From: a virus
Taxonomy: Duplodnaviria; Caudoviricetes
DNA: 62,880 nucleotides
Reading direction: 5' to 3' (one strand)
IMG/VR virus record: IMGVR_UViG_3300045838_000044
Span: 1-62,880 of that record
This document shows positions 17,572 to 25,242 of this stretch, piece by piece; positions within the stretch are counted from its first letter, which is position 1; each line of letters begins with the position of its first letter. The notes under the pieces were generated by a model. The model made no database searches and was not told where the DNA came from. It worked only from the letters and a program-made list of their open reading frames with translations. The position numbers were made by a program, and so were the translations under genes.

Positions 17572-19305
17572 ATGGCTGACCTCGACTTCCTCTATGAGAT
17601 CGACGCCAAGCTCGACGGCCTCCTCAAGATGAACCAGGAGGTCGGCAAGTCGATCGGCGCCCTCCACAAGCTCGACGAGGCCACCGAGCACGCCGGCCAC
17701 GCCAGCGAGCACGCCTCCCGGGGCCACGACAAGCACGCCCACTCGCTCATCAACCTCGGGCATCAGTTCGAATACGCCAAGAACGGCCTCAATGAGTTCG
17801 CCGAGGCCATCGGTCTCGTGCTGGCTTTCGAGGCAGTCGAGAAGATCGTCGACAAGGTGAAGGAACTGGGCGCGGAGATCCTCGGCGCCGCCGGCAAGGC
17901 GGAGCGGGCCGAGAAGTCCTTCAAGCTGCTCCTCGGGGTCCAGGGCGGCGACGAGCTGCTCGAGTACCTCGAAGACATCACGAAGCACACCGAGTTCACC
18001 AACGAGCGCCTGCAGGGCACGGCGGCCTCGCTTCTTCGGGTCGGATTTGCCGGGGAGGGTCTTCACCGGGCGCTGGCGGCCGCGCTCGACATCGCCGCGC
18101 TCCCGGGTGGCAACCTCGAAGAGGCGCTGGCGTCGCTCGAGCGGCTGAAGCGCACCGGACGGGTCGACAACCGGACGCTCGGCGGGATCGGCTTCGGCGA
18201 GAACGACTTCTTGAAGCAGCTCTCGGCGCGCACGGGCAAGCCGTCCGACATCCTCAAGCGGGACATGGAGAAGGGCAAGCTCGACGTCGAGGAGGCGCTC
18301 GAGAGCCTCTACGACCTCATCCACAAGCGCACGGGGCGCGCTCTCGGCGCCGCTGGGGTGGAGATGTCCGAGACCCTCGGCGCCCGCATCACGCACCTCC
18401 GCGACGCTCCCGAAGAGCTCTACAAGACGCTCTCCAAGACGGAGGCGTTCGACCGGCTGAGCGGGGTCATCGGCAAGCTGGGCGACATGCTCAACCCCTC
18501 GGGAGAGGTGGGCGGCAAGCTGGCCAAGAGCCTGGAGGTGCTGTTCACCCGGGCGGCCGACCTCATCGAGCACATCGACTTCAAGGCGTGGGGCGACCGG
18601 CTGATCGACTTCCTCGACAAGCTTCCCCAACGGCTTGAGGACGTGGAGGAGGTGCTGAGCGTCTTCGCCTCGGTGGCCAAGTTCCTGGGGGGGATCGTGG
18701 TGGATCTCGGCGACGAGCTGGGGCGGTTGGCCGCCGTGCTCTTCCTGGCGGGCGAGAAGGTCGTCGAATGGGTGACCGGCGCCTACGACACGGTGGTGGG
18801 CGTGGCGGAGCGGTTCTTCGAGGCGGCCGCGGGGATAGGCAAGGCGCTCTGGCAGGGGCTCAAGGAGGGGATCGCCGGCGGCATCACCGCCGTCCTCGAT
18901 ACTGTATCCGGGCTTGGCGATGCGGTGGTGGGCAAGCTGAAGGGCGTTCTCGGCATCCACTCCCCGAGCGCCGTCTTCGCCGAGATGGGCGAGATGTCCG
19001 GCGAGGGCTATATCCGCGGGCTCGATCGGAGCGCGGACGAGATCGACGCCGCCGTGGCGCGGTCGATGAGCATGGCCGACGCGGTGCCGGCCGGCGCCTA
19101 TCCCCGGCCCGCCGGGGCCAGCGGCGGCTTCGGGCCCATCCAGGTCACCGTGCACGTGGAGACCAACGTGAACGCCACCGGCCACGGCGGCGAGGGGAAC
19201 GCCGAGCAGCTCGGCCAGCAGGTGGCGGCGCACGTGGAATCGATCCTGCCGGGCGCCCTGCAGTCGGCCTTCGAGCGCATGCAGTTGCAGGCGGGGTCAG
19301 CCTGA
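17572..19305 (+). CDS. Tape measure protein
   Basis: 577-aa helical protein, LGIHSPSAVF motif, synteny. Confidence 0.9.
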   Translation: MADLDFLYEIDAKLDGLLKMNQEVGKSIGALHKLDEATEHAGHASEHASRGHDKHAHSLINLGHQFEYAKNGLNEFAEAIGLVLAFEAVEKIVDKVKELGAEILGAAGKAERAEKSFKLLLGVQGGDELLEYLEDITKHTEFTNERLQGTAASLLRVGFAGEGLHRALAAALDIAALPGGNLEEALASLERLKRTGRVDNRTLGGIGFGENDFLKQLSARTGKPSDILKRDMEKGKLDVEEALESLYDLIHKRTGRALGAAGVEMSETLGARITHLRDAPEELYKTLSKTEAFDRLSGVIGKLGDMLNPSGEVGGKLAKSLEVLFTRAADLIEHIDFKAWGDRLIDFLDKLPQRLEDVEEVLSVFASVAKFLGGIVVDLGDELGRLAAVLFLAGEKVVEWVTGAYDTVVGVAERFFEAAAGIGKALWQGLKEGIAGGITAVLDTVSGLGDAVVGKLKGVLGIHSPSAVFAEMGEMSGEGYIRGLDRSADEIDAAVARSMSMADAVPAGAYPRPAGASGGFGPIQVTVHVETNVNATGHGGEGNAEQLGQQVAAHVESILPGALQSAFERMQLQAGSA

Positions 19306-19925
19306 TGGCGCTCGTCTTCTGGGATCCGGTTGCCACCGGCTACGACGCGGAGATCGATCACGACCTCTATGCGCCCGACCCGTGGGACACGGTGAAGATC
19401 GGCGGGATCCAGCTCCCGGGCCTCTGTTCGGTGAAGGGCGAACCGACGCTGGCCTTCGACAAAAAGAAGGCCGGCGGCGTCGACGGCGCGACCATCACGG
19501 TCAACGGCTACCTGCCCGGCCCGGTGACGATCGAGTGCCTGCTCTGGACGCCGAAGCAGCTCGCGAAGATGGAGGAGATCGCACCGCTGCTCTGGACAAA
19601 GCCGAACAAGAAGAGTACGGCCAAGGAGCTGGCGAAGCCGATCGTGAACCCGGCCTTCGCGCTCTGGGGGATCGCATCGGTGGTGGTGCTCGGCGTGTCC
19701 GTCCCCGAGAAGGGACCGGTGACCGGATCGCGGATCGTCCGCATCAAGTGCGTCGAATACGTCGAGACGAAGGCGGTGAAGAAGACGGCCACGGCGAAGG
19801 GCGCCGCGAAGGTTCCCATCGCCAAGGAGCTGAACCCCGCCCGCAACCAGGCCGGGCCCCCCCCCTCGCAGACGGACATCAACCCGACCGGCGCCGCGAA
19901 GACCCGCAAGGGCGGCACGAGCTGA
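19305..19925 (+). CDS. Tail tube initiator / baseplate protein
   Basis: Follows the tape measure gene; IGGIQLPG...DKKKAGGVDGATIT. Confidence 0.65.
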   Translation: MALVFWDPVATGYDAEIDHDLYAPDPWDTVKIGGIQLPGLCSVKGEPTLAFDKKKAGGVDGATITVNGYLPGPVTIECLLWTPKQLAKMEEIAPLLWTKPNKKSTAKELAKPIVNPAFALWGIASVVVLGVSVPEKGPVTGSRIVRIKCVEYVETKAVKKTATAKGAAKVPIAKELNPARNQAGPPPSQTDINPTGAAKTRKGGTS

Positions 19926-19926
19926 G

Positions 19927-20598
19927 ATGGCCTTCGCCACTCTCAACGGCCGGCCCGTGTTCGATGGGTCGATCCTGCTGCCGCGGGTTGGGGCTTGGAC
20001 GGCCGACGTGCGGGTCGACAGCCAGACCGCGATCACCGGCGCCTGCGCCCTCGCCATCGACGGCGGCCTGACCCTGCAGGGGACGGCGCACTCGACCGGC
20101 GTCTGGCTCGACACCGCACACGTCCGGCTCGTAGCCGGTGCCGACGGCCTCGGCAAGGCGGCCCGCCCCCGCCACTACCGCCGCACCACCCTGCGGATCG
20201 TCCTAGCCGACCTGCTGGCCACCGCGGGCGAGAAGCTCGCGGCCAACTCGGACGCGGGGGTGCTGGGGCTGTCGTTCCCGGGGTGGGTCACCCGCGCCAA
20301 CCCGGTGGGGCTCATGGTGAGCGCCCTCCTCGAGGACCAGCGCCTGCCCGCCGGCACAGCCTGGCGGATGCTCCCGGACGGAACGCTCTGGGTGGGCGTG
20401 GAGAGCTGGCCGGACAGCGGCCTCGCCGACGTGGTGAGCTACCAGGATCTGGAGGAGCGGCCGGCGGACGGCCAGCAGCAGATCGCGGCCGAGGCACCGA
20501 CGCTGCTACCGGGGACGCTGCTCGCCGGCCGGAAGGTCACCTACGTCGAGCACCGGATCGACGGCGAGAAGGTGCGCTCCCTCGTCCTTTGGGAGTGA
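19927..20598 (+). CDS. Baseplate hub-like protein
   Basis: Synteny; LPRVGAWTAD, WRMLPDGTLWVG. Confidence 0.65.
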   Translation: MAFATLNGRPVFDGSILLPRVGAWTADVRVDSQTAITGACALAIDGGLTLQGTAHSTGVWLDTAHVRLVAGADGLGKAARPRHYRRTTLRIVLADLLATAGEKLAANSDAGVLGLSFPGWVTRANPVGLMVSALLEDQRLPAGTAWRMLPDGTLWVGVESWPDSGLADVVSYQDLEERPADGQQQIAAEAPTLLPGTLLAGRKVTYVEHRIDGEKVRSLVLWE

Positions 20599-20602
20599 GC
20601 GG

Positions 20603-21181
20603 CTACCGGCACTCGTCGCAGGAGGCGACGCAGAGGACGCCGCCCGTCTGGCCATTGGGCAGCTCCTGCGTGGCCCACGTGCACCCGGCAAACGCCTGTT
20701 GCGTCGCGCCCGGGGTCAGGTCCTGCGTGGCGCAGATCGAGCAACTGTAGTTGCCCTTGTGCATTAACTGGGGGACGCCGCTCGACGTGTAGCAAAAATG
20801 CACCGGGTAGATCTGGCGGTCCGAGACGCACGCGGGGTAGCCCCCAGCGTCGCTGATGGCCGCGTGGGCATCCGGGGCGGGCGCGGGAGGCGTCGTCTGA
20901 GCGTCAGGCTGGCCCGCGGTGGGGCTCGGGGCGGGGGCGCCGCTATCAGTGGCCGGGGCCGGCGCCGGCGCGCCCCCGGAGCCACCTGTGGCCGCCCCGC
21001 CGCCCGTTCCCGCGACGTCACCGGTGCCACCGGAGCCGGCCGCCGGAGTGCCTCCCGTGCCGCCGGTGCCGCCGGTGGCGGCGGGCAGAGAGTCGGGGGG
21101 CGGGGTGGCGCCGCCGCCGACCTCGCCGCTGGCACAGCCGATGAGCGTCAGAACCACGAGGCCGGGGAGAAAGTTGCGCAT
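20603..21181 (-). CDS. Lipoprotein with Gly/Pro/Thr linker and Cys-rich C-terminal domain (moron)
   Basis: Lipobox LIGC after a hydrophobic signal; GGTGG linker; eight C-terminal Cys; antisense to the tail operon. Confidence 0.8.
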   Translation of the reverse strand: MRNFLPGLVVLTLIGCASGEVGGGATPPPDSLPAATGGTGGTGGTPAAGSGGTGDVAGTGGGAATGGSGGAPAPAPATDSGAPAPSPTAGQPDAQTTPPAPAPDAHAAISDAGGYPACVSDRQIYPVHFCYTSSGVPQLMHKGNYSCSICATQDLTPGATQQAFAGCTWATQELPNGQTGGVLCVASCDECR

Positions 21182-21212
21182 ACCTGATCATATCGGCACA
21201 GACCCGGGTTTC

Positions 21213-21245
21213 TTTACCGCGGGTAAAACGCCCATGTGCTATGGT
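21213..21245 (+). promoter_or_regulatory. vapBC operator palindrome and extended -10
   Basis: TTTACC-GCG-GGTAAA inverted repeat; TG-C-TATGGT 6 nt before ATG 21252. Confidence 0.6.
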
Positions 21246-21251
21246 GAATCC

Positions 21252-21521
21252 ATGGCCATCGCGCAGTCGCGGATCTCTCCCCAGGGGCAAATCTCGGTGC
21301 CTGCCGAGGTGCGCAAGAAGCTCGGACTGGAGCCGGGGGCGGTGGTGGAATGGGACGAGCGGGACGGCGAGATCGTGGTGCGCCGGGGGGTGGTGCACAC
21401 GATGGACGAAGTCCACCGGCTCCTCTTCCCCGATGGGCCTCCGCCGGGGCCGCCACTCACCGTCGAGCAGATGGACGAGGCCATCGGCGACTACCTGGCC
21501 GAGAAGCATGCGCGCCGCTGA
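21252..21521 (+). CDS. vapB: AbrB/SpoVT-type antitoxin (VapB)
   Basis: SRISPQGQISVPAEVRKKLGLEPG. Confidence 0.9.
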   Translation: MAIAQSRISPQGQISVPAEVRKKLGLEPGAVVEWDERDGEIVVRRGVVHTMDEVHRLLFPDGPPPGPPLTVEQMDEAIGDYLAEKHARR

Positions 21522-21888
21522 CACGAACGTCGTTCTCCGGCTGCTGGTGCAGGACGATCCCGCCCAGCTCGCCCGCGCCCGTGTGGCGCTGGCGGGGCAG
21601 ATCTGGATCTGCCACCTCGTGCTGGCCGAGAGCGCATGGGTGCTCGCCAGCGCTTACCGGTTCGACCGGGCCAAGATCGCCGCAGCGCTGACCATGCTGC
21701 TCTCGACGGCCAACGTGGTGATCCAGGACCGCGAGGTGGTGCTGGCGGCCGTGAAGACCTTCGAGGCGGAGAGCGGCGTCAGCTTCGCCGACTGCCTGAT
21801 CCTGGAGATCGCCCGCAAGGCCGGCCAGCTCCCGCTCGCTACGTTCGACGCCCGGCTCGGCAAGCTGGTAGGCGTCGAAGAACTCTGA
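21508..21888 (+). CDS. vapC: PIN-domain toxin (VapC)
   Basis: DTNVVLRLLVQDD, LAESAWVL, SFADCLI, ATFD; overlaps the antitoxin gene. Confidence 0.92.
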   Translation: MRAADTNVVLRLLVQDDPAQLARARVALAGQIWICHLVLAESAWVLASAYRFDRAKIAAALTMLLSTANVVIQDREVVLAAVKTFEAESGVSFADCLILEIARKAGQLPLATFDARLGKLVGVEEL

Positions 21889-21936
21889 TCCCGGCGCAAA
21901 CATGAGCGCGACGCGGAGCCGCGCCTATGCTCGCCC

Positions 21937-22392
21937 GTGGCCTGGGATCGGGTCAAAGGTAGCTTTCTCGCGCTCGTCCGGGCGGCGAAGCCGCGCATCG
22001 ACTATTTAGGGGTTTATCGCGCGACCGTCGTGTCGCAGACGGGGCAGAACGTAGACGTCAAGCTCGACGACGCCAGCATGCCCGGGATGTCAGGGCTCCC
22101 CCTCCAAGCCGGCGTGCCGGGGCTGACCGTGCAGGTCCTTCCAGGGGCGCGGGTGCTGGTGGCGTTCGATAACGGCGATCCGGCTCTGCCGGTGGCCCTT
22201 CTCTGGGATCAGGGTGCGCACGTCCTCCGCGTCTCGGTGCATGGGCTCAAGGTCGAGCTCGGTGCCGAGAACCTCACGCCGGCCGACGGCGTGCTGACGG
22301 GCCTCGCGATCGATATGTTCACCGGGTCGCCCCACGTCGCCCTCGGGAACGCGAGCCTCGCGGTCTTCGCCTCGAAGCCTCCGGTGCCGTGA
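21937..22392 (+). CDS. Baseplate spike (gpV-like)
   Basis: OB-fold pattern YRATVVSQ...PGARVLVAFDNGDPALP. Confidence 0.75.
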   Translation: MAWDRVKGSFLALVRAAKPRIDYLGVYRATVVSQTGQNVDVKLDDASMPGMSGLPLQAGVPGLTVQVLPGARVLVAFDNGDPALPVALLWDQGAHVLRVSVHGLKVELGAENLTPADGVLTGLAIDMFTGSPHVALGNASLAVFASKPPVP

Positions 22393-23658
22393 GTGTCGGT
22401 CGAGGGTGATGCGCTCGGTGTAGCGATCGCCAACGCGGTGGCGAACTCCACGCAGGCGATGATCGCGGCGGGGCAGCCGGTCGACCGCATCACCATCTTC
22501 AAGGCACTGGGGAGCGCGCTGTTCGACAACTTCGCCCCAGACAAGCTCGAGACCGCCGATAAAATCGTCGCCCTCGTCGGCAGCATCGCCGAGGGAACCG
22601 TGCTCACGATGGTGAGCGGGAAGATCGTTGGCGAGGCGCTGCCCACCGGGTTGCCTCCCATCGGCGCGGCAGGCGGCGACCTTGTCGACACGTTCCCGAG
22701 TCCCCACATCGCGCCCGGCGCGGTCACCGCAAGTAAGATCGCCAGCGGCACGATCACCGACACGCAGGTAGCCACCGCGAACAAGGACGGGGCCGCGGGG
22801 ACGCCCTCGATGCGAACATTGGGAACCGGCGCGCAGCAAGCGTGCGCGGGAAACGACTCGCGGCTATCCGACGCTCGCATCCCTACCGGCCCGGCCAGCG
22901 GAGATTTGGCGGCGACCTTCCCAAGCCCGTCCCTCGCGGCGGCCGGACCTGGCGCGGGGACATACGGCGGGGGCAGCACCTACGTCAATTCGGTCACCCT
23001 CGACACGAAGGGTCGGGTCACAGCCGTGGCTACGGGGACGCCCGGCGGGGGTGGTGTCGCCGGCGCTCTGTCGGTCAGCCAGACGAACGTCAACGCGAGC
23101 GTGACGGTGAACCTCAGCACCGAGGGCACCAAGGACTGGTTTGCACCCGGCGGCAGCACCGCCAACCCGCCCCGGGGCTCATCCGGAATGCACGGCCGGA
23201 TCATCGGCGGCGAGCTGCTCAACGGCTTCGACTGGGTGAACGTGCAGACCTTGCAGACGGCTGGGTCGAACGTCACCATCTCCTCCAACGCCGGGGATGA
23301 TATCTCGGCTCCGCTCTCCAGCGTGACGACGGCCCAGCAGCAGACCACCGGCACCAACTCGGGGCCGACGAACTGGGGTTTCCGGCTCCGTTGCCGTGCG
23401 GGGACCGCCAGCCGCACCCTGAAAATCTACGTCAAGATTGGGCTGGTCGATATCACCCTCACGGCTCATCTCAGCGACGGCTCTGCAGCCGATGTGACCT
23501 CGACGCTCAGCACGGGCAATTCAAGTACGGTCTTCGTCGTGACCTTCAACTCCGCCACCGAGGGCGAAGAACTGTACGTTTCTGTATTGGTGACCGGAAA
23601 CCACGCGACGGCCTTTAATGGGGCGTACCTGATGTTCACGGCGGCGACCTTGGCATGA
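22393..23658 (+). CDS. Tail fibre-like structural protein
   Basis: GAAGGDL..TFPSP repeats, ACAGNDSRLSDAR, VTLDTKGRVTA; beta-rich C-terminus. Confidence 0.7.
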   Translation: MSVEGDALGVAIANAVANSTQAMIAAGQPVDRITIFKALGSALFDNFAPDKLETADKIVALVGSIAEGTVLTMVSGKIVGEALPTGLPPIGAAGGDLVDTFPSPHIAPGAVTASKIASGTITDTQVATANKDGAAGTPSMRTLGTGAQQACAGNDSRLSDARIPTGPASGDLAATFPSPSLAAAGPGAGTYGGGSTYVNSVTLDTKGRVTAVATGTPGGGGVAGALSVSQTNVNASVTVNLSTEGTKDWFAPGGSTANPPRGSSGMHGRIIGGELLNGFDWVNVQTLQTAGSNVTISSNAGDDISAPLSSVTTAQQQTTGTNSGPTNWGFRLRCRAGTASRTLKIYVKIGLVDITLTAHLSDGSAADVTSTLSTGNSSTVFVVTFNSATEGEELYVSVLVTGNHATAFNGAYLMFTAATLA

Positions 23659-24434
23659 GCGACAGCTACCCACTGGTGTTCCCGCTGCTCAATTGGCCCG
23701 GCGTGGGCGGATCGGAGGGCTCCCTCGGCATCGGCCCGAGCTTCGATTTCGATGCCGTCGGAGCCACCTCGATCGTCTGCCACATCGTCGGCAACTGCGC
23801 TTCGCTCGATCCGGGCAAGAGCATCACCTTTCGAATCAGGACGACGAACGATGTCTCGGTTTCGGCGACGTCGCGCACGCTGTTGACCACTCTCCCGGCG
23901 CTGAGCGCGAACGGACTCTTCTCGCTGTCGGCCACGATCGCGGTTCCCGCCGGGGCGCTGCAATGGCTGGTCACCGCGCAAACCGACAGCGTGACGACGC
24001 CGACGCTCTCCGATCTAACGCTGATCGTGGAGGTGCTGCGATCGAGCTCTTCTCGCTATCCGGCCCTGCTGGGCGCTTTTCAGTCCTCCTCGCACATCTT
24101 CGCCACGGGCTCCGAATCATTCGACGACGGAGGGAGCACCCCCTTCTCCCCGATCGTGGATTTCAGCAAGCTCGGGCCGAAGTTCCAGATGGTGCTGGGC
24201 GCGACCACCGGATCCAATGGCAGTGTCGGGCGGGCGAGGATCCGGATCGGAGGCACCTACAACACCATCGACGGCGCTCTCGTCGTCGATGCGGCGGTCT
24301 CCGCCGCCAGCTTCCGGGTGTGGGCCGTCCGCGCAGTCGTCAACAACATCTGGTCGAGCCCGCAGCCCCTCAAGGTGACCGGGATAAGCGGCCTCACGGC
24401 CATCGGCCCCACCCTGATCGCGCTGCCATGGTGA
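23655..24434 (+). CDS. Beta-rich virion protein
   Basis: Coupled within the tail operon; lower GC3. Confidence 0.6.
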   Translation: MSDSYPLVFPLLNWPGVGGSEGSLGIGPSFDFDAVGATSIVCHIVGNCASLDPGKSITFRIRTTNDVSVSATSRTLLTTLPALSANGLFSLSATIAVPAGALQWLVTAQTDSVTTPTLSDLTLIVEVLRSSSSRYPALLGAFQSSSHIFATGSESFDDGGSTPFSPIVDFSKLGPKFQMVLGATTGSNGSVGRARIRIGGTYNTIDGALVVDAAVSAASFRVWAVRAVVNNIWSSPQPLKVTGISGLTAIGPTLIALPW

Positions 24435-24438
24435 AGCG

Positions 24439-25242
24439 ATGAGAGGCGGCCTCACTCTTCTCACCGTCATCGATCTCTTTACCCTCGGGGCGGAGGTGAG
24501 CGAGACGCCCGCCGGGTGGGAATGGATCATTGATCCTTCTCTGCTTCCCGGAACGCACATGTTCTTCGGTGGCGTGCTCGGGACGCCCAGCGGCACGCCC
24601 AGTGCGACGCTGACCCTCCGGACCGGTGGAACGGCCGGGGCTATAGACGGAACGGTTCTTTTCGCATCCCCATCGATGGTGGCACCGCAGGTGCCGTTTC
24701 TATTTGATCTGGGACTCGTCAGTCTGACCGGCCTAACGCGGATGAAGGCGAGCTACACCGCGACTGGAACGATCAGCCTCAACCATCTCTTCGTCGGGTT
24801 CTACGAGACCTTTTCACCGGGCCTGCCCCCGAATCTTTCCACGCCGGGCGGGGACGCCGAGTTGGGCCAGGACATCGACTGCATCACCGACGTCGGGCAG
24901 TCGCTGGCCATCGCCTCGGGGCTCCGGAACATCGGGAACGCGCTCTGCCGCCGCCTGCAGGGGCCGCTCTTCTATGACGCCGACTATAGCGACACCGACG
25001 TCCGCGACTTCGTCAGCGCTGGGATGACGCCCGGGCAGCTCGCCGACCTCCAGGGCCGAATCACCTCGACCATCATCAAGGACGAGCGGATCGACAATCC
25101 CACGGTGACCGTCACCAGCAATCCGCAGACGGGCGCGCTCTCGATCGCCATCCTCTGCGAGCTAGCGACGGGCCCCTTCACGTTCCTGGTGGCGGTCGAC
25201 AAGCTCACCGTCTCGTTGCTGGAGGTGCAGTCGGCATCATGA
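24439..25242 (+). CDS. Baseplate wedge / sheath initiator (gp25/W-like C-terminus) with an N-terminal extra domain
   Basis: NIGNALCRRL...LFYDADY...KDERID; directly before baseplate J. Confidence 0.7.
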   Translation: MRGGLTLLTVIDLFTLGAEVSETPAGWEWIIDPSLLPGTHMFFGGVLGTPSGTPSATLTLRTGGTAGAIDGTVLFASPSMVAPQVPFLFDLGLVSLTGLTRMKASYTATGTISLNHLFVGFYETFSPGLPPNLSTPGGDAELGQDIDCITDVGQSLAIASGLRNIGNALCRRLQGPLFYDADYSDTDVRDFVSAGMTPGQLADLQGRITSTIIKDERIDNPTVTVTSNPQTGALSIAILCELATGPFTFLVAVDKLTVSLLEVQSAS

